29,239 nucleotides of DNA from Oculatellaceae cyanobacterium bins.114 (lineage in GTDB: Bacteria; Cyanobacteriota; Cyanobacteriia; Elainellales; Elainellaceae), in contig JANRJA010000165.1 of NCBI GenBank assembly GCA_033764315.1, forward strand, positions 1 through 29,239. The letters run 5' to 3'. A program made the position numbers and the translations under genes. Below, one piece after another: positions 1-9,850 of this stretch. Position 1 is the first letter of the stretch. Each line of letters starts with the position of its first letter. The notes below the pieces were generated by a model, which ran no database searches, was not told the origin of the DNA, and saw only the letters and a list, made by a program, of their open reading frames with translations.

Positions 1-135
1 GAACACACTCATGGATGAACCGCTTTCGACGGTTATTAATTCGTTGGGAGAAGAAACCACAAAACTATCTAGCGATGATCCACCTTGCTTTTGCATGTAT
101 TGCTATAAGGGCAATTCAGGTTTTCGGATAGGCTC
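1..135 (+). mobile_element. 3' end of IS5-family insertion sequence (transposase C-terminus plus right end), truncated by window start
   Basis: Frame 3..131 reads THSWMNRFRRLLIRWEKKPQNYLAMIHLAFACIAIRAIQVFG*, matching the IS5-family DDE C-terminal motif (ERTxSWxxRFRRLxxRWEKK..NY). The stop lies inside the probable terminal repeat TTTTCGGATAGGCTC. Confidence 0.85.
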
Positions 136-141
136 TTAATA

Positions 142-280
142 AGAGACCTGTTGGGAAATAACGGGAGAAATTGCTGAAATGCTTGTACAGACTGGGTTTC
201 AAGAATTTTATCGGAAAATCGCTAAAATGCTTACTTGGCAAAGGTTTCAAGAATTTTTGAGCTTATTACCCAACAACTCT
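142..280. mobile_element. MITE-like element with terminal inverted repeats and two internal direct repeats
   Basis: TGTTGGGAAATAA (149-161) vs TTATTACCCAACA (263-275), a 12/13 inverted match. Internal ~37-nt repeats at 173-209 and 221-257 (GCTrAAATGCTT...GGTTTCAAGAATTTT), period 48. Confidence 0.7.
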
Positions 281-677
281 AAGGGTTGCTAGATAGGTTC
301 TTTACTGTCAAACTGTCTCAGCCAACAACATTACCTTAAAAGGTGTAAAACCTTTTGAATGTGTCTAAATCAATTTCTTAGTACACCTCACCCTAAATAA
401 GGGACGAAATGGAGGTTAACACTCTTTAGATGGGGATTGTACTCCTATATCCCTTCATCTCTGAACTCTACTTGTAAAAAGCAGTACTTAGAGTTTCAAG
501 TTTTTCTGCCTTGCATCTAAATTTAATTAAGCAACAAAATACTCGCCAATCCTGACGGTTCAGAACTCTCGCTTTTTAGTTAGCCATCCACAGGTAATTT
601 GTTGTAGATAGTCATTTCTCAAAAGAAGCTCCATAAACCTGCTAACCTTAGATACTGGTTAGCAGAGGCAAGTTGAC

Positions 678-1451
678 ATGGATGTAATTCCAGCGATCGA
701 CCTGTTAGAAGGACAGTGTGTTCGGCTATATCAGGGAGATTATGCTCAGTCGCAAGTGTTTAGTGAAAATCCGGCTGAGGTAGCGCAGCAGTGGGTTGCG
801 CAAGGGGCACCTCGACTGCACTTAGTCGATTTAGATGGGGCAAAGGCAGGGCATCCTATCAATACCCAGACGATTGCGGCGATCGCCAAAGCGGTTGATG
901 TGCCCGTGCAGGTTGGAGGTGGGTTGCGCGATCGTCAAAGTGTCGCCTCTCTGCTTGATCTAGGCGTACATCAGGTGATTTTAGGGACAGTTGCGGTCGA
1001 GCAACCCGACTTGGTGGCGCAATTGTGTCAGGAGTTTCCTGGAAAGATTGTCGTTGGCATTGACGCGCGTAATGGCAAGGTTGCTACCCGCGGCTGGCTA
1101 GAAACCTCAACCGTAGAGGCGATCGCCCTGGCTCAACAGATGGCTACTTTAGGAGCCGCCGCGATCATCTATACCGATATCCATCGAGATGGCACCTTGA
1201 GTGGTCCCAATCGGGACGCTCTGCGCGAACTGGCAACAGCGGTTACGATTCCGGTGATTGCCTCTGGGGGAATGAGTTCGGTCAGTGATCTGATGAGTCT
1301 GCTAGCACTCGAAGCTCTCGGTGTGACTGGGGCGATCGTTGGGCGTGCCCTATATACCGGAGATATATCCCTAAAAGAAGCCGTCCGGGCGGTTGGCTCC
1401 GGACGGTGGCAAGATATTCCTCCCAACTTAGGGAGTTCAGCATTTGCATAG
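678..1451 (+). CDS. hisA: ProFAR isomerase (histidine biosynthesis)
   Basis: [45 protein letters not shown] and VIASGG motifs. Confidence 0.97.
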   Translation: MDVIPAIDLLEGQCVRLYQGDYAQSQVFSENPAEVAQQWVAQGAPRLHLVDLDGAKAGHPINTQTIAAIAKAVDVPVQVGGGLRDRQSVASLLDLGVHQVILGTVAVEQPDLVAQLCQEFPGKIVVGIDARNGKVATRGWLETSTVEAIALAQQMATLGAAAIIYTDIHRDGTLSGPNRDALRELATAVTIPVIASGGMSSVSDLMSLLALEALGVTGAIVGRALYTGDISLKEAVRAVGSGRWQDIPPNLGSSAFA

Positions 1452-1462
1452 GGTTGAACGCT

Positions 1463-1518
1463 AAAGGATGGAGGCTAAAAGCAGAGCCTAATGAACGACT
1501 TTTTATCCTTCATCCTTT
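1463..1518. terminator. imperfect inverted repeat between convergent genes
   Basis: AAAGGATGGAGGCTAAAA (1463-1480) pairs with TTTTATCCTTCATCCTTT (1501-1518). Confidence 0.45.
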
Positions 1519-1536
1519 CGTTTTCACTGTTTCCCA

Positions 1537-2817
1537 TTAGGCACTAATCGTAGATTGATACATCAGCTTGCGAGCTGAGACCATTCCTTCAACCAACAAA
1601 TCCATCTCCTCACGGGTATGCAGTGAATTGACCGTAATCCGCATACGAGGCTTGGCGATAAACCAGATTGGAGACAACCATAGCCCGTAGTCGTTCATCA
1701 ACACGCGAGCAAACACTTTAGGATTTAGATCGGGTGGCAAAATAACAGGGATAACGTTTGTTTCACCGATCGCCTCAAAGTCATTTTCAAGGAGTTGCGA
1801 TCGCAGGTAACGGGTGTTGTCCTGGAGTTGTTTGACTAACTCTGGATGCTGACGCACTTGACGAATGCTCTCTAAAGCCGCCGCTGTGGTTGGAGGTGGC
1901 AGTGAGATCGTACCAATCGAGGTTGGAGAGACATTTAACAAGGGCTTTAACTCAGCAACGTGGCTACTAATAGCCGCTCCAGCCGAGGCCGCAAATTTAG
2001 AGAAGGTGGTCATAATCAGTGGCACGACACCCCGCTCAATGGCATTTTGAGGCAATAGACCAAAGTGTTCATAGATACCTCTGCCGGTTGCACCCAACGC
2101 GCCGCTAGCATGAGCCTCATCCATCACCAAAACACTTCCTTCGTAGTTTTGCATGATGTCGATCATGGTCGGCAGCGGAGCAATGTCACCATCCATTGAG
2201 AAGACCGCATCTGACACCACCATAATGCGGTCGTCAGGGCGAGAATATCGTTGTAGTTTACGCGCCAAATCTTCCATATCGCAGTGGCGGTAGGCCCGCA
2301 CCCGCACCCGGGGGCTGTGCCCAAATAGCTTTCCAGAGCGAGTTCCCGCATTGGCGATCGCTGAGACGATACAACCATGATTTAACACATCTGTCAAAAT
2401 CAGGGTTTCGCGAGTGTGTTCAAATCCGGGCACCGGAATAGCTAGATGACAAAAAGCATCCATCAGAGCTTGCATCGCCATCCACGCATTTAAAAATAGC
2501 TGCGTATGTTGCAGGTGCTTAAACTCTGAAATTTCATTTTCGAGCTGGCGATGAATGTCAATCCGACCACTCAACACTGAGCACGAACTATTTGAAGTAC
2601 CATATTGCAGAATGGAGTCGATTGCCGCTTGTTGAACGGCTGGGTTTTGGGTCAACCCTAAAACGTCATTGGTACAAAATGTTAGTACCGTACGACGATT
2701 ACCGGTTTCAGATTCTTCAATCTCAACCAGGTTTCCTTGCTTGCGATGGCAGATATATTCATCGGGATCAAGCCCACTTTCGTACCAACGCTGAACGTAT
2801 TCTTTAACAACTTGCAC
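1537..2817 (-). CDS. PLP-dependent alpha-oxoamine synthase family protein (BioF/KBL/SPT-like), divergent
   Basis: NDVLGL, D.LNHGCI, YRHCDMEDL, DAVFSMDGD, DEAHASG and TFSK (PLP lysine) motifs. GTG start with GAGGGGAG upstream. Confidence 0.88.
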   Translation of the reverse strand: MQVVKEYVQRWYESGLDPDEYICHRKQGNLVEIEESETGNRRTVLTFCTNDVLGLTQNPAVQQAAIDSILQYGTSNSSCSVLSGRIDIHRQLENEISEFKHLQHTQLFLNAWMAMQALMDAFCHLAIPVPGFEHTRETLILTDVLNHGCIVSAIANAGTRSGKLFGHSPRVRVRAYRHCDMEDLARKLQRYSRPDDRIMVVSDAVFSMDGDIAPLPTMIDIMQNYEGSVLVMDEAHASGALGATGRGIYEHFGLLPQNAIERGVVPLIMTTFSKFAASAGAAISSHVAELKPLLNVSPTSIGTISLPPPTTAAALESIRQVRQHPELVKQLQDNTRYLRSQLLENDFEAIGETNVIPVILPPDLNPKVFARVLMNDYGLWLSPIWFIAKPRMRITVNSLHTREEMDLLVEGMVSARKLMYQSTISA

Positions 2818-3057
2818 AGTAAACTCCCCTCACCTTGTTTCGTAAGTCACTGATCGCCTCTATCCCAACACTTGATTCCAACCTGGTAGCCCTGGTTTTA
2901 AGCCAACGTTGAATGAGAGAGGTGCTCACAATTGTGATTGTGACATTGAACTCATTCCTTCGCGACCCCGGCTTTGCCTAAAATTTTTGCCATAGCTTGA
3001 TCAAGGTTGACCCGCGTAGACATCAGAACTTAGGCAGAATAATTTACAATCAGATAA

Positions 3058-4209
3058 TTACCCGACTGAACTTTCCGAGGTTTGCTCAACCTGACCTACC
3101 CCTGCTTTTGTGAAAGCAACGGTGCGTTGTGAATCTCCATTGCGATGACCTTGTAATTGACTTGATTGTTGCACAAATTGTTCATACTGCCGGACAACTA
3201 ACCGTTGAAGAGCGATAATTGCCGGATTAATTTCGACATAACGGCGATCGCGTCCAGCTTCATAGGTCTGCTGCTCGCTTTCAATCATTTCAACGTCTTG
3301 ATTGAGGAAGCGCATAAAAACAAACCGTCGAATAAAGGGGATCACAGCGGGTTTAACAAAATCTCTCAACCAATTTGGCAAGGGAATTTGAAGGAACAGC
3401 AGTGAAAATGACCGCGTCTCATTAGGACTCACTGGCAACCGCATCAGGTGTAACGAAGAAACCCCTTCAAGCGTGCTGTGATAGTGAGGATATTTGTAGT
3501 GAACGGTCACAGTCCGAGTGGTTACACCATCTCCCTCAGTGCTTAAGCCCAAGACTTTAGAAATCCAACCCTGATAACGCACCTGATATTGAGCACGAAC
3601 GGTTCCTTCACCCTCTCTCAAGCTTAACAGAACCGGGTCAAACCAGCCCTGGAGGTTGTTATGCAAAAACCCGTGAAACACATCCATTGTGTTTTCGTTG
3701 CAGATTGAAAAGTGTGCCTTGAAGCGACCCGTAATTGGCACCATCATCCAGTTTGGGTTATCGTATTCAGGCACTTCAGGAAAAGGAACAATCTCTGCCA
3801 GGGCAGGATCACCCGGAAAAACCCAAACTACTCCATATTTTTCGCGGATAGGATAGCTTCGAGCTTGGGCACAGGGCAATTTTTGTTCTTTAGGAAAGTA
3901 AGGGATGTTGACGCATTCTCCCTTCGTATTAAATTCCCAACCGTGATAAGGGCAAACGATGTTATCTCCCTGTAGTTGCCCCTTGTGAAGAACGACTCCT
4001 TTGTGAGGGCATGCATCTTCAATCGCTCGGGCGTGACCCTGACTATCACGATAGAGCGCGATCGCTTGTTGCCAGACCATCGTAGGCAAGATTGCTCCGG
4101 TCTTTAACTGGTCTGCCCAGGCAACTGGATACCAGTAGTTGGGGTTGATACCAACCTCCCGCACCGCATTTCGGACTGTTTGACCCTTAAGAGTTGTTGC
4201 CAATTCCAT
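3058..4209 (-). CDS. Rieske [2Fe-2S] non-heme iron oxygenase alpha subunit
   Basis: CPHKG...CPYHGW Rieske ligands, ENTMDVFHGFLH mononuclear-iron motif, NQD near the C-terminus. AGAGG RBS. Confidence 0.93.
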   Translation of the reverse strand: MELATTLKGQTVRNAVREVGINPNYWYPVAWADQLKTGAILPTMVWQQAIALYRDSQGHARAIEDACPHKGVVLHKGQLQGDNIVCPYHGWEFNTKGECVNIPYFPKEQKLPCAQARSYPIREKYGVVWVFPGDPALAEIVPFPEVPEYDNPNWMMVPITGRFKAHFSICNENTMDVFHGFLHNNLQGWFDPVLLSLREGEGTVRAQYQVRYQGWISKVLGLSTEGDGVTTRTVTVHYKYPHYHSTLEGVSSLHLMRLPVSPNETRSFSLLFLQIPLPNWLRDFVKPAVIPFIRRFVFMRFLNQDVEMIESEQQTYEAGRDRRYVEINPAIIALQRLVVRQYEQFVQQSSQLQGHRNGDSQRTVAFTKAGVGQVEQTSESSVG

Positions 4210-4394
4210 CGTTTCGCCTTACCTCTACTAGAACCTCAATCTTGGATAAATATTAAGTATGGAGTAATTAGAACTTAATGTTGGTTAATGGGAACATATT
4301 TATTTAGCCTTCGACACCTCATATAAGTCAATCCGCCAACCGTGCGATCGCAATATCACCCCATCAGACATTCTTCGTTCAACCCAGGCATTCA

Positions 4395-4442
4395 CCTAGA
4401 TGGCTTGTCATCTAAATGGTTTGTCATCTAGACGGTTTGTGA
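4395..4442. repeat. three tandem 16-nt direct repeats in a divergent promoter region
   Basis: CCTAGATGGCTTGTCA / TCTAAATGGTTTGTCA / TCTAGACGGTTTGTGA. Confidence 0.85.
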
Positions 4443-4822
4443 TGGTAATGTGAGCCATCATCCACCCCAATTACAAACATTGCCAATTACAAAAATTGTA
4501 TTTGGGGGTTATTACCCTACCACCCGCGATTGAGCAGATGGCTATCTCTCGCCGAAATGAGCAACTGTCGCATTTTACACAAGCCTGAGAAAACAGCGAC
4601 AGCCATTTGACACGTTTCAAGCAATTCTGTAGGGTAAGCAATACTGACTACTGAAGTAAGAATTGCATTACTTATCCTAGCGGTGTTCAAGGGTTCTAGA
4701 ATGAGATAAAGCTGAATCTTGCGGGATATGAGCTATTGAGCACCAATAGGTTTAATTGGAGCAAACCCATTAGCTGCTGGTGGTTGACTAATGCGGTTAA
4801 CGTTTAGGGTTCTTTGTAGAAT

Positions 4823-6037
4823 ATGTTGCCTGTTGGCGAAGCCTCTCAAAAGCAAACTTTCCCATTCAAGCTTCCAAAGCAGACTCCAAAATTTTTGGTG
4901 CTGTTAGCGGCAGGTTGTTTAACCACAATGACAGGTGGAGTTGTCTCGCCAGTGTTGCCAGAGATGGTGCAGCAACTTCATCTTGACCCTAAGTGGGCGG
5001 GCATGTTGGTGAGCATGCATGCTCTGACGATCGCCCTGTTTACCCCAGTTTTTGGGATTTTGGCAGATCGGGTCGGCAAACTTAAGGTGATGATCCCATC
5101 CCTCCTCTTGTACTCCCTCTTTGGCACTTTAGGAGCATTTATTCCCCATTTGGTGCCGTTGTTAGTGGTGCGAGGGCTGTTAGGGGCAGCTAGTGGTGGC
5201 GTCGCCGCTGCGAGTATTGGGTTACTTGGCACTATGTATGATGGCGAAGTGCGATCGCGCGTCTTGGGCTATGCCACCAGTGCCATGACTACAGCCGCCA
5301 TTATGGTGCCTATTATTGGTGGATGGATTGGCAGTGAGCACTGGCAACACGCCTTTTATCTCTATACCTTAGGGGTGCCGTTGGCGATCGTAGCCGCGTT
5401 TGTCTTAAACGATAAACCCTCTCAAAAAGCATCGGCGATCGCACCGAGTGCCCAGAGAGAACAACTCTTTCGATGCCTACGTCAGCCTCAAACCTTACAG
5501 CTTTACGCAATTTTGGCATTGGCCGCTACCGTTGTCTATGCTGTCGTTATCTACACCCCCCTCTATCTCAAAGCCACCATCGGCGCAGGACCAGAACTCA
5601 ACGGTATTGTGTTGGGCGTGAGAGCGATCGGGGCAGCCATTATTTCAGCCGTGGGGGCAAGCTGGCTGGCAAAACGGATTGGGGTCAAACAGACTATTGC
5701 ACTCGGGTTTTTCCTGATGTCGCTGACGCTGATCACCATTCCGTTTCTACACCAAATTGAGCTTATTTTGCCGACAGCCGTGCTTTTTGGCATTGGTTTT
5801 GGCATTATTACCCCCAATACCTACAACGCCTTAGCCAATCGTGCTCCCGCTGAGGTACGAGCCAGTGTCCTGGCAATTGGGACGGGGGCAAATTCCTTAG
5901 GTCAATTTATTTCTCCCTTGATCTTAGGGTCGGTGTGGAAATATATGGGGTTGCCCACCGTATTTTTTGTGACGGCTGGAATTGCCATCTCGATGAGCAT
6001 TGCCAGTTTGACTCAACGAGAGTCGGCTTTAGATTGA
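4823..6037 (+). CDS. MFS transporter (DHA1-like exporter)
   Basis: About 12 hydrophobic segments; motif A-like GILADRVGK; RGLLG in helix 4. Confidence 0.92.
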   Translation: MLPVGEASQKQTFPFKLPKQTPKFLVLLAAGCLTTMTGGVVSPVLPEMVQQLHLDPKWAGMLVSMHALTIALFTPVFGILADRVGKLKVMIPSLLLYSLFGTLGAFIPHLVPLLVVRGLLGAASGGVAAASIGLLGTMYDGEVRSRVLGYATSAMTTAAIMVPIIGGWIGSEHWQHAFYLYTLGVPLAIVAAFVLNDKPSQKASAIAPSAQREQLFRCLRQPQTLQLYAILALAATVVYAVVIYTPLYLKATIGAGPELNGIVLGVRAIGAAIISAVGASWLAKRIGVKQTIALGFFLMSLTLITIPFLHQIELILPTAVLFGIGFGIITPNTYNALANRAPAEVRASVLAIGTGANSLGQFISPLILGSVWKYMGLPTVFFVTAGIAISMSIASLTQRESALD

Positions 6038-6224
6038 GAGCCGGAGGGGTTTCAGGGTTTAATGACGATTGCCGTTGACCACTCGTTGACCCTTTCTCAT
6101 TGACCCTTTATTGTTGTCCCGTCATCTCATCAACCCATCACTCTCTTCAGATGCGATCGCATCGGTTACTTTACTCTGATAAGATCATTCCGATATCAAC
6201 AACATCATCCCAGAACCAGTTCGT

Positions 6225-6446
6225 GTGACCTGGATTACTCTTAAGACCACTGGCAACTTTTGGGAAGCAGAGCTCATGCAACAAATGCTGGCTGCTCACG
6301 AGATTCCTGCCCGTGTCATTCGTCAAGGAGTTCCAACCCATTTTGGTTGTGCCGCCCCCGCCTCTCTACAAGTTCGTCTACAAGATCAGTGGACTGCTCT
6401 GCTGTTGCTCAGCCCCCTCGAAGAACGAGACGAACACATCCCCTGA
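6225..6446 (+). CDS. small DUF2007-like (putative signal-transducing) protein
   Basis: W.TL......EAELMQQML.AHEIPARV pattern, 73 aa, GTG start, directly upstream of accD. Confidence 0.7.
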   Translation: MTWITLKTTGNFWEAELMQQMLAAHEIPARVIRQGVPTHFGCAAPASLQVRLQDQWTALLLLSPLEERDEHIP

Positions 6447-6515
6447 TATCCTGGCACTTCAAAACTTCTCTGACTCCATTCTCAAAACTCTTTTCAATTT
6501 CTGGTTTCCAAAAAA

Positions 6516-7442
6516 ATGTCTCTATTTGACTGGTTTGCAAATCGACGAAAATCAGGTCCGATTAGTAAAGAACGACAAGAACGTGAAATTGCTGACGGCC
6601 TCTGGAGCAAATGTAAAGCTTGCAGTGTTTTGACCTATGCCAAAGACTTGCGGGCAAATCAAATGGTCTGCCCCGAATGCGGATATCACAATCGCATTTA
6701 TGGAGATGAACGAATTGAGCAGTTGATCGATGCCAATACCTGGCGTCCTTTAGATGAATCGCTGCGCCCTCTTGATCCGCTCAAGTTTCGCGATCGCAAA
6801 GCTTATAGCGATCGCCTGCGAGAAACTCAGGAAAAAACAAAATTGTCAGATGCCGTGATGACTGGGCTGGGACAACTAGAAGGGCTACCCCTAGCATTGG
6901 GCATTATGGATTTTCGCTTTATGGGTGGCAGCATGGGGTCTGTCGTCGGAGAAAAACTAACTCGATTAATCGAGCAGGCAACGCGTGAGCGATTTCCAGT
7001 CGTGATTGTTTGCGCCTCTGGAGGAGCCAGAATGCAAGAAGGCATGTTGAGCCTGATGCAAATGGCAAAAATTTCGGCAGCCCTTGAACGGCATCGCGAA
7101 TCCCGATTGCTCTACATTCCTGTACTGACTCACCCCACTACGGGAGGAGTCACCGCAAGTTTTGCAATGTTGGGTGACATTATCGTGGCAGAACCACAAG
7201 CCACTATTGGTTTTGCCGGACGACGGGTGGTTGAGCAAACCCTCAGAGAAAAATTACCCGACGGATTTCAAACAGCGGAGTATTTGCTCAATCATGGTTT
7301 TGTCGATACCATCATCCCCCGCACCCGACTGAAGCAAACGCTTGCCCAACTGATTCGCCTGCATCAGTCTTATGCCCAAACCCCTACCTTTATGCACCAT
7401 GTCCCTGACACCTTGCATGTCAAAACCATGAGTGCTGATTAA
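6516..7442 (+). CDS. accD: acetyl-CoA carboxylase carboxyltransferase beta subunit
   Basis: GLWSKCKAC...VCPEC zinc finger, [37 protein letters not shown]. Confidence 0.98.
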   Translation: MSLFDWFANRRKSGPISKERQEREIADGLWSKCKACSVLTYAKDLRANQMVCPECGYHNRIYGDERIEQLIDANTWRPLDESLRPLDPLKFRDRKAYSDRLRETQEKTKLSDAVMTGLGQLEGLPLALGIMDFRFMGGSMGSVVGEKLTRLIEQATRERFPVVIVCASGGARMQEGMLSLMQMAKISAALERHRESRLLYIPVLTHPTTGGVTASFAMLGDIIVAEPQATIGFAGRRVVEQTLREKLPDGFQTAEYLLNHGFVDTIIPRTRLKQTLAQLIRLHQSYAQTPTFMHHVPDTLHVKTMSAD

Positions 7443-7495
7443 CCAATTTAGCCACAGCAACTTGTGAGACGACCACGCAAAAAACTACTAAAAAG

Positions 7496-7517
7496 CCCTT
7501 CTCTTCAGAGAGAAGGG
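7496..7517. terminator. hairpin between convergent accD and psb29
   Basis: CCCTTCTCT-TCAG-AGAGAAGGG perfect 9-bp stem. The A-run on the left gives a U-tail on the minus strand. Confidence 0.7.
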
Positions 7518-7569
7518 TCAATGAGTTGTTCTCATTAATTGTTGAATAGCAATTAACGACTAACACCTC

Positions 7570-8262
7570 TTACGGATTTGGAGGAGTTGCCATCGCATCT
7601 CTAGCTGCCGCCCGCTCTTCTTTCTTTTTGCGGTCAGCTTTTAACATGTCTTCTAAAACAAGCTGAGCCTGAGCCAGCTTATCCAGATTGCTGCGATAAA
7701 GCTCTAGATCCTTTTGAACTTTGTCAACGTTTAATTTCAACGGTTCACAAAGTTTTTGCAACGCTTCATTGCGTTGCTTTTCATCTTTGACCAGGTCGCC
7801 GTCAAGCTGCTCTAGTAGGCTGTATAAGCCCACCGCAAACAAGCGGCTGTACTTGGCGTTAGGATGATTAGCGATCGCTCGAAACGGCTCTGCCCAAGAG
7901 ACTGTTTCTATCTCCTGGTTGAGCTGCGACAGAAAATCAGTAGCCGTCAGCCCAGAGAGAGAATTGAGCAGTTGCTCAGCATCGTGCCGATAGGTTTGGG
8001 CATCTTGCTTCATGGCCTGACAAAGCGCATTAAAAATGGAGGTCTTGTCAGAGTCTGGACGATATCCTTGCATGAAGCGATCGAAGGTTGTGACAACCCC
8101 CAGCGCATAAATTGGCTCGTAACGAAAATCGGCATTTACGGCTAATAAATGCATTTCCACCATCAACTCCTCTACAACTCGACGGTAGATAGAGTGGATA
8201 GGACGAGTGTGGATATTGTAAAAGTCTCGCTTTGTATCTGAAACGGTGCGAACGTCGTTCAC
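7570..8262 (-). CDS. psb29: photosystem II biogenesis protein Psb29 (THF1)
   Basis: RTVSDTKRDFY..HTRPI.SIYRRVVEELMVEMHLL, KYSRLFAVGL, KDLELYRSNL. Likely GTG start at 8262 (the ORF track extends to 8283). Confidence 0.95.
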   Translation of the reverse strand: MNDVRTVSDTKRDFYNIHTRPIHSIYRRVVEELMVEMHLLAVNADFRYEPIYALGVVTTFDRFMQGYRPDSDKTSIFNALCQAMKQDAQTYRHDAEQLLNSLSGLTATDFLSQLNQEIETVSWAEPFRAIANHPNAKYSRLFAVGLYSLLEQLDGDLVKDEKQRNEALQKLCEPLKLNVDKVQKDLELYRSNLDKLAQAQLVLEDMLKADRKKKEERAAARDAMATPPNP

Positions 8263-8313
8263 GGGCAGTTCTGAGAGCAACATACTCCCATTATTCCACA
8301 GTCTCGCCTATGA

Positions 8314-8706
8314 CTAGCTAGCGATTCCTCGTGGAACACCCTCAAGTGCTTCTGCTTCGGTCTCAAAAATCTCAAAAACAGAATCCATCATTGTCACTTC
8401 AAACACTAATTTCGCTTCAGGATGAACATTACAAAGCCGGAAACTGCCTTTTACCTTGTCTGCGTCACGCATTCCGGCAACCAACGAGGTTAACCCTGAA
8501 CTATCAATAAAATTAACCTGACCCAAGTTGACAATGACGTGGGGGCTTACTCGTGAGATGCACTCCTGTAATTTCAGGCGAAACTGCCAAGCTGTGGTGA
8601 TATCTAACCGCCCTGTAGGAGTTAGCACAATGACCGTTTTGCCATCCTGGGTTGTATGTATGGTCTGCTCCATGTAGATTATCCAGTCTCTCCCGGGAGG
8701 TATCAC
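8314..8706 (-). CDS. STAS-domain anti-sigma factor antagonist
   Basis: GRLDITTA...VNLGQVNFIDSSGL with the phosphorylatable Ser. Start uncertain (GTG 8706, ATA 8682 or ATG 8673). Confidence 0.92.
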   Translation of the reverse strand: MIPPGRDWIIYMEQTIHTTQDGKTVIVLTPTGRLDITTAWQFRLKLQECISRVSPHVIVNLGQVNFIDSSGLTSLVAGMRDADKVKGSFRLCNVHPEAKLVFEVTMMDSVFEIFETEAEALEGVPRGIAS

Positions 8707-8968
8707 AGGCGTTGAATACTCTGGATCGTGCTGCTATGAATGCAACACCCAAAGTAACTTTGCTGTAGCTTAACTCAATTTAAGATGGGTTGCCCACGAT
8801 GGTTTTGCCCACCATACTTCATCTTTCCCAGAAAACAGGGTGACTCCGTACAAATTCTGATTTAATTTGCAAATTGGGTCTAAAACAGCTTCCGTAGATA
8901 GTTCACCTCTCAGCCATGCTATCTTCCCAGGCTTCAAAACAATTTACGTGGCAGAGCAGTACCTCATA

Positions 8969-9016
8969 AGACTAGTGAGGATTGAGACTAGTGAGGATTG
9001 GGAGCAGTGAGGAGTG
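8969..9016. repeat. tandem 16-nt repeat x3
   Basis: AGACTAGTGAGGATTG x2, then GGAGCAGTGAGGAGTG. Confidence 0.85.
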
Positions 9017-9043
9017 TAGCAAAACTTTTTACCACGGGGAGAG

Positions 9044-9850
9044 TTAACTTTGCACCCCTGCCATCTCACTTAGTGCTTCACGGCTCAGGGGTTGATCGCT
9101 GAGGATATAAAGGGTGCCCTGCAAAGTAGAGAGCAGATTGAGATAATAAGACACCTCTCCCGCCTTGGACACCGCATAAACCCTAAGCCCTGTGTCGTCA
9201 GCCAGTTGTAATTGATCGATGTCATAGCCCCGATCTTGCAAATCTTGCTCAAAGGTTCTAGCGATCGCCCGCCATTGAGTATCAGCAATTTGCCAACATC
9301 CAGATTGCCCCCCACAGCTCGGTTGTGCCCCCGTCATATGAGGAAAATCAGCCGTGTCAGGTAGGGCTGAGGTTGGCTCAGGAAGAGGCTGAGCAGGGGT
9401 GGTGAGATCTTGTTCTGGATTAATCGGGGTTGGGCTGACACTTGCTTGTGGAGTAGGAGTTGGGTCAGGAGGTGACACTACTGGTTCTGACGCGACTGGT
9501 TCTGACACTGGAGGAGGAGCGGCAGGGCGAACCGGGAGTGGCGATGCAGAAGGGGTAATGGATGGAGTCGCAATCGCCACTGGGGTGGGAGCAATCGGCA
9601 AGCGGGGCACTGAGGAAGCCGGGGCAGGAGGCATCACCAATCTGACTCCATCTACATCATCTACTGGATCTACTGGGTTATCTAACTCCTCCGTGATCAC
9701 TGCGTCGTCCGACTCAGGCAGCGGCACCGCAAATAGCACCCCATGTAGAACCAGTGCCACCAGGAACCACGGCCTCAAGAAGCATTTAAGGGGGGACGGT
9801 AGATTTTTCCAGAACCGAGAGTGGGGCATGGGGTTAAACGCGATCGCCAA
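9044..9850 (-). CDS. membrane-anchored proline-rich protein, TonB-like architecture
   Basis: N-terminal hydrophobic helix with His (WFLVALVLHGVLFAV), long Pro-rich linker, ~100-aa globular C-terminus. Divergent from futA. Confidence 0.6.
   Translation of the reverse strand: MAIAFNPMPHSRFWKNLPSPLKCFLRPWFLVALVLHGVLFAVPLPESDDAVITEELDNPVDPVDDVDGVRLVMPPAPASSVPRLPIAPTPVAIATPSITPSASPLPVRPAAPPPVSEPVASEPVVSPPDPTPTPQASVSPTPINPEQDLTTPAQPLPEPTSALPDTADFPHMTGAQPSCGGQSGCWQIADTQWRAIARTFEQDLQDRGYDIDQLQLADDTGLRVYAVSKAGEVSYYLNLLSTLQGTLYILSDQPLSREALSEMAGVQS

Noticed and set aside
1537-2817. Calling the PLP enzyme bioF
   Set aside because: Family motifs only; substrate-pocket motifs diverge and there is no biotin gene context.
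2960-2992. GGCAAA...GCAAAGCC on the minus strand resembling a c-di-GMP-I riboswitch
   Set aside because: The GNRA-capped stem between the two motifs is missing and no convincing downstream pairing was found.
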